Origin: a virus
Taxonomy: Duplodnaviria > Caudoviricetes
Direction: 5' to 3' (one strand)
DNA: 64,000 bases
IMG/VR virus record: IMGVR_UViG_3300025789_000018
The notes beneath the pieces were generated by a model. It did not search any database and was not told the origin of the DNA. It worked only from the letters and a program-made list of their open reading frames with translations. The translations under genes were made by a program, and so were the position numbers. Below are positions 30,612 through 38,387 of this stretch, piece by piece; the stretch's first letter is position 1; the number at the start of each line of letters is the position of its first letter.

Positions 30612-30685
30612 TGGAGCCTCATAACGGTACCTCCCCGTTTTCCTCTGGGTGGAAGCCAGATGCATTGATTCTATGCTAATGAGGC
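30612..30685 (-). tRNA. tRNA-Gly(UCC) with non-canonical D- and T-loops
   Basis: GCCTCAT-TA-GCAT-AGAATCA-ATGC-A-TCTGG-CTTCCAC-CCAGA-GGAA-AACGG-GGAGGTA-CCGTT-ATGAGGC-T-CCA; all four stems fully Watson-Crick. Confidence 0.85.
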
Positions 30686-30698
30686 AAAGGGTGTTTTA

Positions 30699-30768
30699 TA
30701 TAAGTAATATTGTCTGTCACGATACTACTAATATCCACAGACTCTAACGCTAAACAGGAGCATCAGCT
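30699..30768 (+). promoter_or_regulatory. Late promoter plus conserved hairpin leader, copy 2
   Basis: TATAAGTA; GTCTGT-CAC-GATA-ctactaa-TATC-C-ACAGAC-TCTA. Confidence 0.8.
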
Positions 30769-31362
30769 ATGGTTATTTATCTATACGTGAAGCAATGTGG
30801 TCATTGTGATATGAAATATTTTGGTTACACTAAAACAAAAAATCCTTTCAGATATAAAGGATCTGGTCAGTATTGGATCAGACACATAAAATCGCATAAC
30901 ATAACACCTATAACTTTAGAAGTACACACCTTCTATAACCAAGAAGACGCTACGGCATATGCTATTTCGTTCTCACAAGAAAATGATATTGTCGAATCTA
31001 AATCTTGGGCAAATCTTGTACAGGAAGACGCTAAACCTGGAAATGTGGGATGTAAATATCACACAGGACCAAGATCGGGGTTAACTGAAGAATCGAGAAT
31101 CAAAATGGGACTTGCGAACAAGGGGAAGAAACGATCATCTGATACTATAAAAAAACTTTCAGATTCACACAAAAACAGAAACAAAACTCAACTAGAAATA
31201 GATCGTTTAACTAGTCTACACAAGAAAAATGTAGGTAAAAAAAGATCAACTGAAACAAAAGAAAAAATGAGACTTGCTCAACTTGGTAAAGTTCCAAGTG
31301 AAGAGACTAAGAAAAAAATAAGCGAAACATTAAAAAATAAACATCAAGGCAAAAGATCGTAG
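30769..31362 (+). CDS. GIY-YIG-like (Seg-type) homing endonuclease with NUMOD3-like repeats
   Basis: IYLYVKQC..C.MKYFG, YKGSGQYW; RSSDTIKKLS, RSTETKEKMR, PSEETKKKIS. Confidence 0.8.
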   Translation: MVIYLYVKQCGHCDMKYFGYTKTKNPFRYKGSGQYWIRHIKSHNITPITLEVHTFYNQEDATAYAISFSQENDIVESKSWANLVQEDAKPGNVGCKYHTGPRSGLTEESRIKMGLANKGKKRSSDTIKKLSDSHKNRNKTQLEIDRLTSLHKKNVGKKRSTETKEKMRLAQLGKVPSEETKKKISETLKNKHQGKRS

Positions 31363-31574
31363 AACCTGCCCGTTTTCTGTCCAACAGCACGAACTCGGTT
31401 CTTAGGATATCTCTTTTTGGTATACTCTAATGCACGAGCAATAGACTGCGCACGATTAGGAACACCGCCTTCAACTCTACGCCAGCTATCATCAACACCT
31501 AGAACTTCAATCTGAATGTTCTCTGGTGTCTCTGTTGTCGATTCTTTGAAAGCTTTGAATATTTTCATTTTCAT
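31344..31574 (-). CDS. Small late protein
   Basis: TATAAATA at 31580-31587; MKIFKAFKE N-terminus. Confidence 0.6.
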   Translation of the reverse strand: MKMKIFKAFKESTTETPENIQIEVLGVDDSWRRVEGGVPNRAQSIARALEYTKKRYPKNRVRAVGQKTGRFYDLLP

Positions 31575-31592
31575 GCTCTTATTTATATGGAA

Positions 31593-31669
31593 TGGTCTAC
31601 CATGAGAGATTTGAACTCCCGATCTCCTGGCCCCAAACCAGGCGGATTACCAGACTTTCCTAATGGTAG
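31593..31669 (-). tRNA. tRNA-Pro(UGG)
   Basis: Cloverleaf; CCTGG-TTTGGGG-CCAGG; TTCAAAT T-loop; encoded CCA. Confidence 0.92.
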
Positions 31670-31779
31670 ACAATAATCTATTTAGATGAACAATGAACGT
31701 TCAAGTTCTGGTCCTGATTTTCATACCATCTAGCGCCTTACGTCTAGTTCGTAATAGATCATTGTTCATCAAAATAGTC

Positions 31780-31853
31780 TGGTGCCGATAAGAAGAATCG
31801 AACTCCTGTCAGAGGGTTACAAATCCACTGTATTACCACTATACTATATCGGC
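31780..31853 (-). tRNA. tRNA-Thr(UGU)
   Basis: GCCGATA/TATCGGC acceptor, TTTGTAA loop, TTCGATT, CCA; two mismatches in the anticodon stem. Confidence 0.85.
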
Positions 31854-31854
31854 A

Positions 31855-32481
31855 TTAAACTTTCGTTGTGCGTACCGTAGTCTCACCAGTGTCATCGTTA
31901 TGACTTACGTGATGAGCATTGAAGTTAACACCAGGATGATGTTGCTTCAATGAAAGAAACTGTGCTAGATTGTCTTTAGAATCATCATAGAGATGGACGT
32001 TTTTATATCCATTCTGATTAATGAGATTGTGTACAATATCACGTTTTCTTACGGCAGGATCACCAGGCTTATTACCAGCCCTGCGAACATGCACTTTATT
32101 TATATCTACTCCATACTTCTTCATAAACTCGGCAAACTTTGGCTGATCGTCAAAGTCTGCCCGAGCAGTTAGTATCTCAACCTTACCGCCATTATTATGA
32201 ATGGCTTTCATCTTAGCAAGCATCTTACGAATAGGTTTACCCGTTTGATGCAACTTGCTAGATGATCTAAAGTCAGAGAAGTCATATGAATGACCTGGAT
32301 CTAACTTATGCGTATTGAACTGTTGATTACTTAAAGACTTCACTCGCTTGCCATGTTCATCGTTTACATGAATAGCGAGTGAACCTGGATCGTGAGTAAA
32401 CAAAGTTTCATCCATGTCAAAGGCATGGAGTGTGTTTTGTGACTCGACAATGAAGTTTTTAAAGTTCGTTACGTTGTTCAT
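31855..32481 (-). CDS. HAD-superfamily phosphatase-like protein
   Basis: FDMDETL (motif I), ILTAR (II), LYDDS (IV); TATAAGTA at 32486-32493. Confidence 0.75.
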   Translation of the reverse strand: MNNVTNFKNFIVESQNTLHAFDMDETLFTHDPGSLAIHVNDEHGKRVKSLSNQQFNTHKLDPGHSYDFSDFRSSSKLHQTGKPIRKMLAKMKAIHNNGGKVEILTARADFDDQPKFAEFMKKYGVDINKVHVRRAGNKPGDPAVRKRDIVHNLINQNGYKNVHLYDDSKDNLAQFLSLKQHHPGVNFNAHHVSHNDDTGETTVRTTKV

Positions 32482-32508
32482 GTTCTACTTATAAAACATG
32501 TTCATGTA

Positions 32509-32865
32509 TCAAGTATTGCTTGCAAGAAACTTTTCAATACGCAAGGCGATTGCTTCATCTGGATCTTGAGAATAATGAATAATAGCAGCCTGTGCAAGCT
32601 TTAGAAGTTTGATAATGTCATCTTGCACTGTCTCTTTTACCAACTCGATTTCATCTTTGTAGATATAAACCGAAAGGTCATGATGACCAAAATAACCAGA
32701 ATCAAACTTTACCCGATAATATATCCCATCAGTTTGTCCATATGGATCGATTTTTTCAGTGACAGTACCCAGACTACCGACATCAAGTCCATTATCAGGT
32801 TCGTCAATATAGCCCGTTGCCGAACTGGTAAGCTTAACTCGATCACCAACATTAAACATAATCAA
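32509..32865 (-). CDS. Hypothetical early protein
   Basis: FNVGDRV..GTVTE SH3-like; downstream of promoter at 32919-32937. Confidence 0.55.
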   Translation of the reverse strand: MIMFNVGDRVKLTSSATGYIDEPDNGLDVGSLGTVTEKIDPYGQTDGIYYRVKFDSGYFGHHDLSVYIYKDEIELVKETVQDDIIKLLKLAQAAIIHYSQDPDEAIALRIEKFLASNT

Positions 32866-32933
32866 TCTCCATTTTGTATCAGAGAGAAGCTTTGTCTCTC
32901 TATATTCCCATCATAGCTGATTCGTGGAATAAG

Positions 32934-33494
32934 TCAAGCAGTTTTGAGCCATTTCATAATGTTTTCAGGTGCAGTCTCGCCGTATGGATCATCATCGACA
33001 TTGTGACCAAAGCCAGGTTCAATGAACCACTTTTCGATCTTGCCGTTGTTTACCACTACAGCATAACGCCAGGAACGTGTGCCAAAGCCAAGATTTTCCT
33101 TATTCACTAGCATCGACATACCACTGGTAAATGTACCAGAACCGTCTGGAATGACCTTGACCTTCTGAAGCTGTTGTGACTTGGCCCAAGCATTCATTAC
33201 AAAGGCATCATTGACTGAGATGCAATATACATCATCAATGCCTAGTGCCTTGAAGTCTTTATAGTTTTCTTCGAAACCAGGAAGCTGATATGTCGAACAA
33301 GTAGGTGTAAAGGCACCAGGAAGAGAAAATAGAACTACGCGCTTGTTTGCAAAATAGTCAAACGAAGTCCTTTTTTCCCAACGATAAGGATTTGGTCCTT
33401 CAATCGAATCGTCACGCACACGAGTCTTGAATACTACGTTTGGAACGACTTCTGGTAGATACTCTTCGGGATCATACTGATGTGTCTGGTACAT
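32934..33494 (-). CDS. Peroxiredoxin (Prx5/redoxin family)
   Basis: LFSLPGAFTPTCS, CISVNDAFVMNAW, PDGSGTFT, RSWRYA. Confidence 0.92.
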   Translation of the reverse strand: MYQTHQYDPEEYLPEVVPNVVFKTRVRDDSIEGPNPYRWEKRTSFDYFANKRVVLFSLPGAFTPTCSTYQLPGFEENYKDFKALGIDDVYCISVNDAFVMNAWAKSQQLQKVKVIPDGSGTFTSGMSMLVNKENLGFGTRSWRYAVVVNNGKIEKWFIEPGFGHNVDDDPYGETAPENIMKWLKTA

Positions 33495-33497
33495 ATT

Positions 33498-33896
33498 TTA
33501 TCCTTTCATAATACGTTCACGTAGCCCAGAAGAACTATAGTTATGTTCGCGTCTGTTATAATAAATCTCAATGCCTGGCATATATTTGCCAGTAAAAGTT
33601 TTAGACTCATACTCTTCTCCTACAAACCGAATATCAATCTTCTGGGTGAGTAGAAGATTATATAGGTCACCTTCAGTGGAGTATGGAATGATTTTGTCTA
33701 CATATTTACAGGCATTTAACTGTGACCAACGTTCATATACATCTTGAACTGGCTTATTCTTTTCTGGACGATCAATCGTAGGATCAGTCTGAAGTGCTGC
33801 GATAAGAAAATCACAGTGTTCTTTAGCTTCTTCAAGCATAAGAACATGACCCGAATGAAACAGATCAAAGCAGGAACATGTAATACCAATCTTCAT
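33498..33896 (-). CDS. Glycerol-3-phosphate cytidylyltransferase-like protein
   Basis: FDLFHSGH, ALQTDPT, YVDKIIPY, RFVGEEY, YSSSGLR. Confidence 0.85.
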   Translation of the reverse strand: MKIGITCSCFDLFHSGHVLMLEEAKEHCDFLIAALQTDPTIDRPEKNKPVQDVYERWSQLNACKYVDKIIPYSTEGDLYNLLLTQKIDIRFVGEEYESKTFTGKYMPGIEIYYNRREHNYSSSGLRERIMKG

Positions 33897-34094
33897 AACA
33901 ATCCTTTATTTCACTTAGACCTTTTCAGTGTCATCAATCACCACTTCAAGACAGACATTATCTCTGCCATAGATTAGGTCCAGACTTTCAGCAAGCTTTA
34001 AAGCAGCTTTATAATCTTCGACCAGACATTCAACAACCATTTCGTAATCTGCGTTCAATGCGTATACGTGAAACATGGTAGTTTCCTTTTTAAA

Positions 34095-34171
34095 TGGCTC
34101 CCTAGATAGGATTCGAACCTATAACGACAAGATTAACAGTCTTGTGCCCCTACCGATAGGGCCCCTAGGGA
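34095..34171 (-). tRNA. tRNA-Asn(GUU)
   Basis: TCCCTAG/CTAGGGA, CAAGA-CTGTTAA-TCTTG, TTCGAAT, CCA; G8 and U14 are atypical. Confidence 0.9.
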
Positions 34172-34179
34172 ATATAACT

Positions 34180-34650
34180 CTACTTATAACGCTCGTTGAT
34201 GAATGCAAACCACTTGTGATAGAGCCCGACTTCTTTGCCGTAAGCTTCTACCTCCCAAGGCGAATCAAAATAGTTATCTTCATGCCGCTTGGGCTTCCAG
34301 ATTTCGCCTTGCCACTTGCTGCTGATCTTTAGACCACCCCTCGTAGGGATCACGATACCGCGTTGAAGTTCATTCTTAGCGTGTTGCTTAACATGGACCA
34401 TTTCGTGCGCTAGAGTTTTAATCATACCGTCGATCTTCTGGCGCTTGAGACGAATCGTGAACCACCGAGGATTCCTAGTGCCCTGCTCATCAACACATTC
34501 GCCTTCGGCGTCTAGATTTGTTTCAATCTCCAGATCAATGGATAGATTGCGAACCATACGAGGATCCATCAACTGGCGCGCAAAAAACTCTGCTGCCTCG
34601 GTGAGTTCCTCAGCTTTGGTCGCATTGATACCTGATACGTGAACTTCCAT
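34180..34650 (-). CDS. HExxH metallopeptidase-like conserved phage protein
   Basis: TLAHEMVHVKQ, SPWEVEAY. Confidence 0.7.
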   Translation of the reverse strand: MEVHVSGINATKAEELTEAAEFFARQLMDPRMVRNLSIDLEIETNLDAEGECVDEQGTRNPRWFTIRLKRQKIDGMIKTLAHEMVHVKQHAKNELQRGIVIPTRGGLKISSKWQGEIWKPKRHEDNYFDSPWEVEAYGKEVGLYHKWFAFINERYK

Positions 34651-34707
34651 TTCATCTCCATCGTCTATGATCTGAACCTATCATGATTCGCGATGAATGT
34701 CAAGTGG

Positions 34708-34944
34708 TTAATTTGGCAACCGAAGGCCTTCAGGATTGATAGGCTCAAGGGTCTTGAACCCCCATTCGACACGACCATCTTCGAGGCGAGGAAGTTCTTG
34801 ATCTTTCTTCCACTTGAGCCAACCGTTTCCGTAACCGTTGAACCCCCAGTGGCGAGAGAACCACTGACCATCCTCGCGGACAGCAGCATGAATGTGACGG
34901 CCGTAGGAGTCATGCCCCATGAACGCTTCGATTGCCTTTGCCAT
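34708..34944 (-). CDS. Hypothetical early protein
   Basis: Downstream of repeat copy 1 promoter. Confidence 0.55.
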   Translation of the reverse strand: MAKAIEAFMGHDSYGRHIHAAVREDGQWFSRHWGFNGYGNGWLKWKKDQELPRLEDGRVEWGFKTLEPINPEGLRLPN

Positions 34945-35004
34945 AACGAATCACCTTTCTCACTAACTACATTCTCAATGTAGCTGATTCTGAAAAAATG
35001 TCAA
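34942..35004 (-). repeat. 63-bp promoter/RBS cassette, copy 1
   Basis: Identical to 35200-35262; contains TTGACA, two GANTC and CTACATT-CTC-AATGTAG stem-loop. Confidence 0.9.
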
Positions 35005-35010
35005 GAGATA

Positions 35011-35202
35011 TCAGAAGCGTTCAGGACCGCCACAGATGCCTACCGCAAAGGGATACCAAGCGGTAATCGCAGCAATGGCAACGAACGGAATAGCGATGAA
35101 AAACTTAATCAACGCAATGGGATGCATAAAACTAACGAGTTCCTTGAACCCAAAGAGTTCTAGGGCAACCAGAGCGAATGCAATAGCAAAAATCTTAATC
35201 AT
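35011..35202 (-). CDS. Small membrane protein between the 63-bp repeats
   Basis: Two hydrophobic segments. Confidence 0.55.
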   Translation of the reverse strand: MIKIFAIAFALVALELFGFKELVSFMHPIALIKFFIAIPFVAIAAITAWYPFAVGICGGPERF

Positions 35203-35262
35203 AACGAATCACCTTTCTCACTAACTACATTCTCAATGTAGCTGATTCTGAAAAAATGTCAA
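35200..35262 (-). repeat. 63-bp promoter/RBS cassette, copy 2
   Basis: Identical to 34942-35004. Confidence 0.9.
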
Positions 35263-35440
35263 TCGGTAATGTCAACTTTGTGGCAAAAAAATGCAGGGGT
35301 GGCTCCATTGAAACCACCTCCTGAGTTTAAGAAACGACAGATAGATTTCACCTTGTCTTCCTCGGCTGAGGAATAGATGGTAAACCCAGTGGTTGTCTCA
35401 AAAATGTGGTACTTACCATCGAACGTTCTGATTCTGTATA

Positions 35441-36886
35441 TCAAGTCATTCTCAATCCGCTAAAATCTTTACGGCCGGCAGCCTTAGTCATCCACTTCAT
35501 ATTGTCTTCTTCGTTGGCACGAATACCGACCTGAGTGTTGTCCATTACCGGCTTGTCCTGATACTTATCTTTCTTAGGACCTTCTAGAATATTCTCTTGC
35601 TCAGAATCATCCACATCATGAAAACGCATCTTAGACTTGTTTACACCGATAACGAACCTCTTGTTTTCATTGATATCGCTATAGCGGTTCTTCAACTGCT
35701 TGACAAGGATCTGGTTCATTTCAGCCAGTTCATCTGTTACCATCAGAGCAAACATGAAGTCTACTGTTGCAGGCAAGCCAAATGATTCAGAGGTGTTGTC
35801 TAGCCCAAGATCAGAAGAGTTATAACCATCACGATTTGACTGTGTAGCCGTGATGATTGGTAGATCAAACTCAACCGCAAGACCACGTAGTTCTTCGGCA
35901 ATCGACTTGATGTACATATAACTATTTACAGAACCACCCATCTTCATACGTGTAGAAGCACAAATGTTTAGATAGTCAACGTAGATTACATCTGGTTTGA
36001 AGTTCTTCTTAATACGAAGTTCTTGCAATAGATGCCGGAAGTGTGCAGCACCAGCAGATGATGTTGGATACTCCTTGATAATCAACTTGCCTTGTGTTGA
36101 TGACTTGATTCGATTGATCTTCTTGTTGAAAGAATCTTTCGGTAGATCACGAAGTTCGTCCATCGTGATATTCATCAAGTTGGCGTCAATACGTTCTGCA
36201 ATCCGCTCTTCGGACATTTCCATGGTGATATAGAGAACGTTCTTGCCCATGTCCAGATGATTCGCTGCACAGTGCGTCATAAACATCGTCTTACCAACGC
36301 CTGTGGACGCTAGAATACAAGACAACGTTTTCTTAGATACACCACCCTTAGTAATCTTATTGAAATACTTCAGGTCAAACTCTAGCTTCTCTTCCTTCAG
36401 ATGGTAGAAGTCATACCTCTGTTCAGCATCACCAAGAAAGTCATGCCCGATGTTTGTATCAAAAGAGACTGCCAGAGCCTCAGTTAGAATCTCTGGCAAT
36501 GCTCCTTTACCGCGTTTGTCATCTTTGCCATCAATGATCTTGATGGAGTCCATGATTGCATTATAGACGGCTCGTTCTTGACAGAACTTCTCCGTTTCGT
36601 TAAACAACCAATCAATGGACGTAGCCAAGTCTGCATTGAATGTCTGTACAGTATCTTTGCAGATTGAATACTCATCTTCACTAATATTTGTGAGAGACAA
36701 GATTTCAGACTGCAAAGCTTCCTTTGTAGGCACCCTGTAATAAGTCTTGACATACTTGTCAATAAGTCCAAACACGATCTTGTTAGGCCGTGTTTGGAAG
36801 TATTCGGTCTTCAGGAATGGGATCACCTTTCTGCAATATTCTTCATTATAAAGTAGATGTGAAAAGATTACCTGTTCTTCAATCAC
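35441..36886 (-). CDS. 41: Replicative DNA helicase gp41
   Basis: ASTGVGKT, YITMEMSEE.IAERIDAN, IYVDYLNI, TATQSNR, SESFGLPATVD, QLKNRY. Confidence 0.95.
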   Translation of the reverse strand: MIEEQVIFSHLLYNEEYCRKVIPFLKTEYFQTRPNKIVFGLIDKYVKTYYRVPTKEALQSEILSLTNISEDEYSICKDTVQTFNADLATSIDWLFNETEKFCQERAVYNAIMDSIKIIDGKDDKRGKGALPEILTEALAVSFDTNIGHDFLGDAEQRYDFYHLKEEKLEFDLKYFNKITKGGVSKKTLSCILASTGVGKTMFMTHCAANHLDMGKNVLYITMEMSEERIAERIDANLMNITMDELRDLPKDSFNKKINRIKSSTQGKLIIKEYPTSSAGAAHFRHLLQELRIKKNFKPDVIYVDYLNICASTRMKMGGSVNSYMYIKSIAEELRGLAVEFDLPIITATQSNRDGYNSSDLGLDNTSESFGLPATVDFMFALMVTDELAEMNQILVKQLKNRYSDINENKRFVIGVNKSKMRFHDVDDSEQENILEGPKKDKYQDKPVMDNTQVGIRANEEDNMKWMTKAAGRKDFSGLRMT

Positions 36887-37035
36887 TTAACATCCTCCTT
36901 ATAGTCAATAAGTCTCACGAACTCTTGACGCTTTTTATAGTGCCAACCCATCTTGCTAATCCAACCAGTGCCTGGATTAGATCCTTGTTCATTCAAATAT
37001 TCTTTGAACTTAACTTCAAACTCTTCTTTAGTCAA
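36883..37035 (-). CDS. Small protein between uvsX and 41 (50 aa, TTG start)
   Basis: MTKEEFEVKFKEY...; overlaps the uvsX stop and the 41 start. Confidence 0.5.
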   Translation of the reverse strand: MTKEEFEVKFKEYLNEQGSNPGTGWISKMGWHYKKRQEFVRLIDYKEDVK

Positions 37036-38093
37036 TCCGCTTCTCCGTAGATGTCCGAGATATCTTCATTAGATACCATATCTTCCTGTGCAAGTCTATA
37101 GTTATCCTCAATATACTTGCGGAAAGATTTTGATTTCAAAACAGGAAGCCAGAAATCTTTGATGTCTGTATCTGCACGGCGATAGTTCTTTGGTAGAACT
37201 TCGCCAGTTTCCATGTCAACTTGCTGATACCAACCGTTCTTTGGCTTAATCACATGACCAGAATCTAGAGCAACATCTAGTAGACCAGACCATGTTGAGA
37301 TACCACCTTCAAAACGAACTTCAATAGGAATCTTGGACTTTTCACGAACATGGCGTGACTTTTCAACATTGATGATGAAGTTGTAACCAGTGACTTCGGT
37401 GCCATCTTTCTCTTGTTGACGACCAATGATGAAGATTGTATCAGCAGAATAATAGATACCAGTACCACCAGATACGACGGCCTTTGAGTACATTTCTTGT
37501 GTCTGATATGTGTGATTCACAACGACCATTGGAATGTCTTTGATGTTTAGATGTGGCGTAATCATACGAAACACAGACTTGATCTGCTTCGCCCGTGACA
37601 TATCTGCAACAGACTTGCCATCCTTGGCATCATCAACTTCTTTCTTAGAAGCCAAGTTACCAACAGAGTCAACAAAGATGATTACCTTGTCGCCACGAGA
37701 AATCACTTCAAGTTGCTGCATAACATCAAACTTGAACTGTTCAACGTCGGTGATTGGACTATGAATAACACGAGTAGTATCAATGCCAATGGTTTCAAAA
37801 TACTTCTTACCAGCACCAAACTCCGAGTCGTAAAAGAGGCAGATAGCTTCAGGATATTTGTCAAGGTACGCTTTGACTTCTAGAAGACAGAAGAATGACT
37901 TGAAGTGCTTTGATGGACCACACCAGAGAGTTAGACCTGGTGTAATACCACCGTCTAGACTACCTGATAGTGCAACATTGAGCATGGGAATGGAAGTCTG
38001 AATCATGTCCTTCTTATTAAAGAACTTGGAATCCGATAGCACATCTGCTTCCTTGATTGTGCTTGCTTTACGTAGTTTGTCTAGAATGCTCAT
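37032..38093 (-). CDS. uvsX: RecA-like recombinase UvsX
   Basis: MLNVALSGSLDGG, GPSKHFKS, FYDSEFG, DSVGNLASKKE, VVNHTY, SGGTGIYYSAD. Confidence 0.95.
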   Translation of the reverse strand: MSILDKLRKASTIKEADVLSDSKFFNKKDMIQTSIPMLNVALSGSLDGGITPGLTLWCGPSKHFKSFFCLLEVKAYLDKYPEAICLFYDSEFGAGKKYFETIGIDTTRVIHSPITDVEQFKFDVMQQLEVISRGDKVIIFVDSVGNLASKKEVDDAKDGKSVADMSRAKQIKSVFRMITPHLNIKDIPMVVVNHTYQTQEMYSKAVVSGGTGIYYSADTIFIIGRQQEKDGTEVTGYNFIINVEKSRHVREKSKIPIEVRFEGGISTWSGLLDVALDSGHVIKPKNGWYQQVDMETGEVLPKNYRRADTDIKDFWLPVLKSKSFRKYIEDNYRLAQEDMVSNEDISDIYGEAD

Positions 38094-38135
38094 ATAATCT
38101 CCTTGGTTTAAACCAGTATTCACTGTATCACAAAA

Positions 38136-38387
38136 TCACTTCTTAGGCAATGTTTTTCCAGCGATCTTGTATAGTTTCTTGCGAAACTCTTCAATCTTTG
38201 CAGCACGATTTGGCCAATGGATGACATCTTTGTCTGCATCCTTGGCTAGATTGTCTAGTAGTGGTGTGATAGCTTTGAGTAGCTTGTCAATCGTTTGATC
38301 GTTCTTTGTTGTCTTAGAGACAATAATCGGTGCTGCAATATCTTCCGATGTGGTCGATGTGAAGCCAAAATCAAAATCTTCGTCCAT
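38136..38387 (-). CDS. Conserved hypothetical protein
   Basis: MDEDFDFGF..PLLDNLAKD..IHWPNR; TAATG coupling to 43. Confidence 0.65.
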   Translation of the reverse strand: MDEDFDFGFTSTTSEDIAAPIIVSKTTKNDQTIDKLLKAITPLLDNLAKDADKDVIHWPNRAAKIEEFRKKLYKIAGKTLPKK

